Below are positions 59,967 to 64,000 of a stretch of DNA of 64,000 nt, in pieces. This DNA is from an uncultured Gemmatimonadaceae bacterium (GTDB lineage Bacteria; Gemmatimonadota; Gemmatimonadetes; Gemmatimonadales; Gemmatimonadaceae). A program made the position numbers and the translations under genes. The DNA lies in assembly GCA_963822945.1 (NCBI GenBank), contig CAWGJO010000004.1, positions 32,001 through 96,000 on the forward strand. The letters run 5' to 3'. A model generated the notes under the pieces. That model saw only the letters and a program-made list of their open reading frames with translations, had not been told where the DNA came from and did no database searches. Each line of letters starts with the position of its first letter. Position 1 is the first letter of the stretch.

Positions 59967-61219
59967 ACGCAGACAATCTCGTTGCCGGTCTCGACATCGG
60001 CTCCGCCAAGACCACCGCCATCATCGCCGAAGTCGTCGGCGATCTGCCGCGGCATCCCTCCATCAAGGTGCTCGGGGTGGGGCAGACCCGCACCACCGGC
60101 ATGCGGCGCGGCGTCGTGTCCGACATCGAGGAGACGACGCGATCGATCCGCAAAGCCCTCCAGGACGCCGAACGGATGGCCGGCGTCCAGGTACAGGAGG
60201 TGTACGCGGGGATCGCCGGCGAACACGTGCAGGCGATGACCAGCAAGGGCATCGTGGCCGTGTCGGGCGACGAGATCACGCGCGCCGACGTGGAGCGCGC
60301 CAACGAGGTCGCGCGGGCCCAGGCCATTCCGCAGGATCGCGAGCTGCTGCACGCCATCCCGCAGGAATACACGGTGGACAAGAACACCGGCATCCGCGAT
60401 CCCGTCGGCATGAGCGGGATGCGGCTGGAAGTCGAGATGTACCTGGTGACCATCGGCAGCTCGCCGGCCGTCAATCTCCGCAAGAGCGTGGAGCGGGCCG
60501 GCTACAAGGTGCGCGACCTGGTGCTGGAGCCGCTCGCGAGCGCGCTCGCCGTGCTGACGGAGGACGAGAAGGAACTGGGCGTCGGGCTCGTGGAAATGGG
60601 CGCCGGCACCACGGACATCGCGCTGTTCCACGAGGGGAAGATCCGGCATCTGGGCACCGTGCCCTTCGGTGGGAACAACGTCACCAACGACATCGTGCAC
60701 GGGCTGGGCGTGACCCAGTCGGACGCCGAGCGGCTCAAGGAGCGCTACGGCAGCGCCTACGAGCCGCTGGTCGATCCGCAGGACATCATCCAGCTCCCGA
60801 GCACCGTGGCCCAGGGCGAACGGCAGATCCCCCGCGAACTGCTGGCCCACATCATCCACCAGCGCATGGACGAGATCTTCGACCTGGTGCAGCACGACAT
60901 CGCCGGCGCGGGGTACGCCAACCGTTTGAGCGCCGGGATCGTGCTCACCGGGGGCGCGGCAGCCATGGAGGGGTCGGGCGAGCTGGCGGCCGACGTGTTC
61001 GGGACCGGGGTGCGCGTGGCCTCCCCGGCGGAGAACCTCGGCGGCCTGAGCGACTCGGTGGAAGCACCCCGGTTCGCGACGGTGGTCGGGCTCGCCCAGT
61101 TCGGCGCCACCCGGCTCGCACTCGGGGCGTCGTCCACGGCGCGTCGCGTGTCGGTGGGAGGGGCCGGGGTGGAGAAATGGGTCCAGCGGCTCAAGTACTG
61201 GCTGCAGGACTTCTTCTGA
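59963..61219 (+). CDS. ftsA: cell division protein FtsA
   Basis: GLDIGSAK, MGAGTTD, AERLK..YG, GIVLTGG. Confidence 0.96.
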   Translation: MNADNLVAGLDIGSAKTTAIIAEVVGDLPRHPSIKVLGVGQTRTTGMRRGVVSDIEETTRSIRKALQDAERMAGVQVQEVYAGIAGEHVQAMTSKGIVAVSGDEITRADVERANEVARAQAIPQDRELLHAIPQEYTVDKNTGIRDPVGMSGMRLEVEMYLVTIGSSPAVNLRKSVERAGYKVRDLVLEPLASALAVLTEDEKELGVGLVEMGAGTTDIALFHEGKIRHLGTVPFGGNNVTNDIVHGLGVTQSDAERLKERYGSAYEPLVDPQDIIQLPSTVAQGERQIPRELLAHIIHQRMDEIFDLVQHDIAGAGYANRLSAGIVLTGGAAAMEGSGELAADVFGTGVRVASPAENLGGLSDSVEAPRFATVVGLAQFGATRLALGASSTARRVSVGGAGVEKWVQRLKYWLQDFF

Positions 61220-61248
61220 TTCTTCCCGGCAGTCGGCCGGTCGGCCAG

Positions 61249-61786
61249 TCAGCCTGCCGGACGGTCGAACAGCGACGGGGCGGCACTGCCCAGGATCCGC
61301 TGTTCGTGCTCCAGCAGCCAGCGCTTTCGTTCGATTCCGCCCCCGAACCCCGTGAGCGAGCCGTTGGCGCCCACTACCCGGTGGCAGGGCACCACGATCG
61401 AGATCGGATTCCGGCCGTTGGCCGCGCCCACGGCGCGGGCGGCTCCGGGGTTGCCCAGCCGGCGGGCGAGCTCCCCGTATGAGGTGAGCTGCCCGAAGGG
61501 GATGCGCCGGAGTTCTGCCCACACGCGAAGCTGAAAGGGTGTGCCGAGCGGATCCAAGGGCAGATCGAACTGCGTGCATTCACCGCTGAAATAGGCGGGT
61601 CAACTGCTCGCGGGTGCGTGCCAAGATGCTGGATGCCGGGTTGCGGCCGTCATCGCGCGTCCAGGCGGCACGCGCCGTGTCCGCGGGGGCGTGTCGGTGT
61701 TGCGCGAAGTAGACGGCGGCGAGCCCGTGATCGCTGGCTGCGAGGGTCAACTCGCCGACTGGGCTGGGCATGGTGACGAAGTGCAT
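61249..61786 (-). CDS. ogt: methylated-DNA--protein-cysteine methyltransferase, one apparent frameshift at ~61597-61599
   Basis: [40 protein letters not shown]; removing one base from the G run gives QLTAYFSG..FDLPLD. Confidence 0.88.
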
Positions 61787-61855
61787 CGTGCCGGTGAAGG
61801 TAGGGGCGGACGGCGTGAAAAATCCACATCAAAAACCTGCTGTCGCATCATCGTC

Positions 61856-61864
61856 TGTGGATAA
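61856..61864 (-). promoter_or_regulatory. consensus DnaA box upstream of ftsZ
   Basis: TGTGGATAA, the reverse complement of TTATCCACA, in the ogt/ftsZ divergent region; TATATT -10-like hexamer at 61932-61937. Confidence 0.6.
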
Positions 61865-62061
61865 GAAGCACGTGCTCTTTCACCGCATCCCTCGTCCTAG
61901 ATGCGGGGGTAGTCGCAAGCGGTAAAAGCATTATATTGCCGCAACTGATTACACCACTGTGGCGTGCGACATTCCGACACGCCCGGTTCCCGGTCCCGTC
62001 CGGCGATCGGCAGGGTGAACGCCGACCGTTCCCACCTCGCAAGTGCGGGAGTTCCACTCGC

Positions 62062-63249
62062 ATGGTCTTCGAGTTCGAGGAAAACGCGACTCAACACGCC
62101 CGGATGAAGGTCGTGGGCGTTGGCGGCGGCGGTGGCAACGCCGTCAATCGCATGATCGAGGAACGCCTCGAGTATGTCGAGTTCATCTCCGTCAATACCG
62201 ACAATCAGGCCCTGCTGAACTCGAAGTCGGACATGAAGGTTCAGATCGGCAAGAAGCTGACGCGCGGGCTGGGCGCAGGGGCTCGTCCGGAGATCGGACG
62301 CCAGGCGATCGAGGAGAATCGGGAAGAGGTGGCCGCGACGCTGCAGGGCGCGGACCTGGTGTTCATCACCTGCGGCATGGGTGGCGGCACGGGTACCGGC
62401 GCGGCGCCGGTGGTGGCAGAGCTGGCGCGTGCGGCGGGCGCCCTGACCGTGGGCATCGTGACCAAGCCCTTCCTGTTCGAGGGACGGAAGCGGATGCGGC
62501 AGGCCGAGCAGGGCATCGCCGAGATGCGCAAGAACGTGGATACCATGATCGTGGTCCCCAACGAGCGGCTGCTGGCCGTGGTGGGCAAGGGGATTCCGTT
62601 TCAGGATGCGCTGAAGAAGGCCGACGAGGTGCTGCTGCACGCCACGCAGGGCATCAGCACGCTGATCACCAAGCCGGGCCTGGTGAACGTGGACTTCGCC
62701 GATGTGCGCACGGTGATGCGCGAGGGCGGGTCGGCGCTCATGGGCACGGGCGTGGGCCGCGGCGAGAACCGCTCCATGGAAGCGGCGCAGCAGGCCATCT
62801 CGAGCCCGCTGCTCGACAACGTGTCGATCTCCGGGTCGCGCGGCGTGCTGCTCAACATCACCGGCGGCGGCGATCTCACGCTGGGTGAGGTGACCCAGAT
62901 CAGTGACATCGTCCACGACGCGGCGGGTGACGACGCCGAGATCATCTTCGGTGCGGTGCACGAGCCCGCGATGCAGGGTGAGCTGCGGGTGACCGTCATC
63001 GCCACCGGGTTCGACAAGACGGTGGCCACCGGACTCACGCCGGCACACGACCTCAAGGGTGCGCCGGTCATTCCGTTCCCGAGAGTGCGGCCCGGGCGCG
63101 CCGGCGCGGCGCCGATGCGCAGCACGGGGGGCGCGCCGGCCGATCAGTCTCGGCAGGCCCGGCCCGCGGAGCCGGACGACAAGGAGAAGGGGCCGGGCGA
63201 TCTCAGCGACATGGAGATCCCGACCTTCATCCGGAGGCAGATGGATTGA
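62062..63249 (+). CDS. ftsZ: cell division protein FtsZ
   Basis: [26 protein letters not shown]-terminal [12 protein letters not shown]. Confidence 0.98.
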   Translation: MVFEFEENATQHARMKVVGVGGGGGNAVNRMIEERLEYVEFISVNTDNQALLNSKSDMKVQIGKKLTRGLGAGARPEIGRQAIEENREEVAATLQGADLVFITCGMGGGTGTGAAPVVAELARAAGALTVGIVTKPFLFEGRKRMRQAEQGIAEMRKNVDTMIVVPNERLLAVVGKGIPFQDALKKADEVLLHATQGISTLITKPGLVNVDFADVRTVMREGGSALMGTGVGRGENRSMEAAQQAISSPLLDNVSISGSRGVLLNITGGGDLTLGEVTQISDIVHDAAGDDAEIIFGAVHEPAMQGELRVTVIATGFDKTVATGLTPAHDLKGAPVIPFPRVRPGRAGAAPMRSTGGAPADQSRQARPAEPDDKEKGPGDLSDMEIPTFIRRQMD

Positions 63250-64000
63250 CGGTTCGCGGCGCGCGCGTCATCACCTATCTGGTGGTGGCCCTTCTTGCTT
63301 TCGTCGCCATTCGCGTGACGACTCCGGTGGCCTCGGCCGGCGGCCAGGTGGTGCCGCGGGATACGCTGCCGACGCCCAGCTGGGATCTCTCGTACGACAG
63401 CGTGGCGCGCGGTGAGACGCTCATCAATGCCCTCGTGCGCGGCGGGCTGAGCGACACGGCAGCGGGCAGCGTGGTGCGCGCGGCCATCCCGGCCATCGAT
63501 CCGCGGCGGATTCCCGTGGGGCTGCCGGTGGCGGTTCTCCACGCGGCCCCCACCGATTCGCAGCCGGTGGAGGTGGTGGTGGAACTCGCCACCGATCACT
63601 ACCTGCATCTGACCCGCGATTCCAGCGGATGGAAGGAGCGCGACGAGCGCCTGCCGTGGAAGACCGACACGATCGCCATCCAGGGCACGATCCACACCAA
63701 TCTCTACCAGGCGATGTACGCGGCGGCTGACAGCGCGTTGCCCCGCGACGCGCAGAACGCGCTCGTGGTGAAGCTCGCCGACGACGTGTACGAGTATCGG
63801 GTGGACATGAGCCGCGATCTGCAGGACGGCGACACCTTCCGCGTGCTGGCCGAGCGGAGCACGCTGGCCAACGGCGTCGTGAAGATCGGTGACATCGTGG
63901 CGGCGCAGTTGAATCTGTCGGGCACCGAGATCGACGCCGTGCACTTCACCGACGACAAACTGGCCGGCAATTACTTCGATCAGAACGGCCGCTCGCTCAA
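63246..64000 (+). CDS. M23/MepM-like peptidoglycan DD-endopeptidase, N-terminal part (truncated by the window)
   Basis: Manual translation from a TTG overlapping the ftsZ stop: [32 protein letters not shown]; the catalytic domain lies outside the window. Confidence 0.75.
   Translation, partial: MTVRGARVITYLVVALLAFVAIRVTTPVASAGGQVVPRDTLPTPSWDLSYDSVARGETLINALVRGGLSDTAAGSVVRAAIPAIDPRRIPVGLPVAVLHAAPTDSQPVEVVVELATDHYLHLTRDSSGWKERDERLPWKTDTIAIQGTIHTNLYQAMYAAADSALPRDAQNALVVKLADDVYEYRVDMSRDLQDGDTFRVLAERSTLANGVVKIGDIVAAQLNLSGTEIDAVHFTDDKLAGNYFDQNGRSL

Overview
GC-rich bacterial chromosomal segment. A Gemmatimonadota-like diderm origin is inferred from gene content and order and is not verified. Layout: (1) 1-9.6 kb, a mostly minus-strand accessory block with a CPBP protease, frameshifted nitronate monooxygenase, hotdog thioesterase, ~1 kb structured intergenic region, SGNH lipoprotein plus FadL, and a metallopeptidase/beta-propeller protein. 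(2) 9.7-25 kb, housekeeping genes tilS-hpt-ftsH-folP-cdaA-DUF2723-yggS-divIVA-PNP-ileS-dksA-lspA-lspA-rluD. (3) 25-44.4 kb, a ~20-gene co-directional cluster that interleaves a chemosensory pathway (cheW-cheY-cheA-cheC ... cheR-cheD-cheB ... cheW-cheW; no chemoreceptor seen) with an MglA GTPase, three Roadblock proteins, TPR and DUF4388 proteins, an ExeA-like ATPase and a protein made of two tandem DnaA-type AAA+ domains with no DNA-binding domain. This cluster is the best candidate for an under-described system. (4) tRNA-Val(TAC), a secreted TPR-like protein, then the dcw cluster rsmH..ftsA, an antisense ogt, ftsZ and a truncated M23 peptidase gene. Frameshifts in essential genes (ileS, murD) look like long-read indel errors. 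No CRISPR array, rRNA, prophage or IS element was seen.
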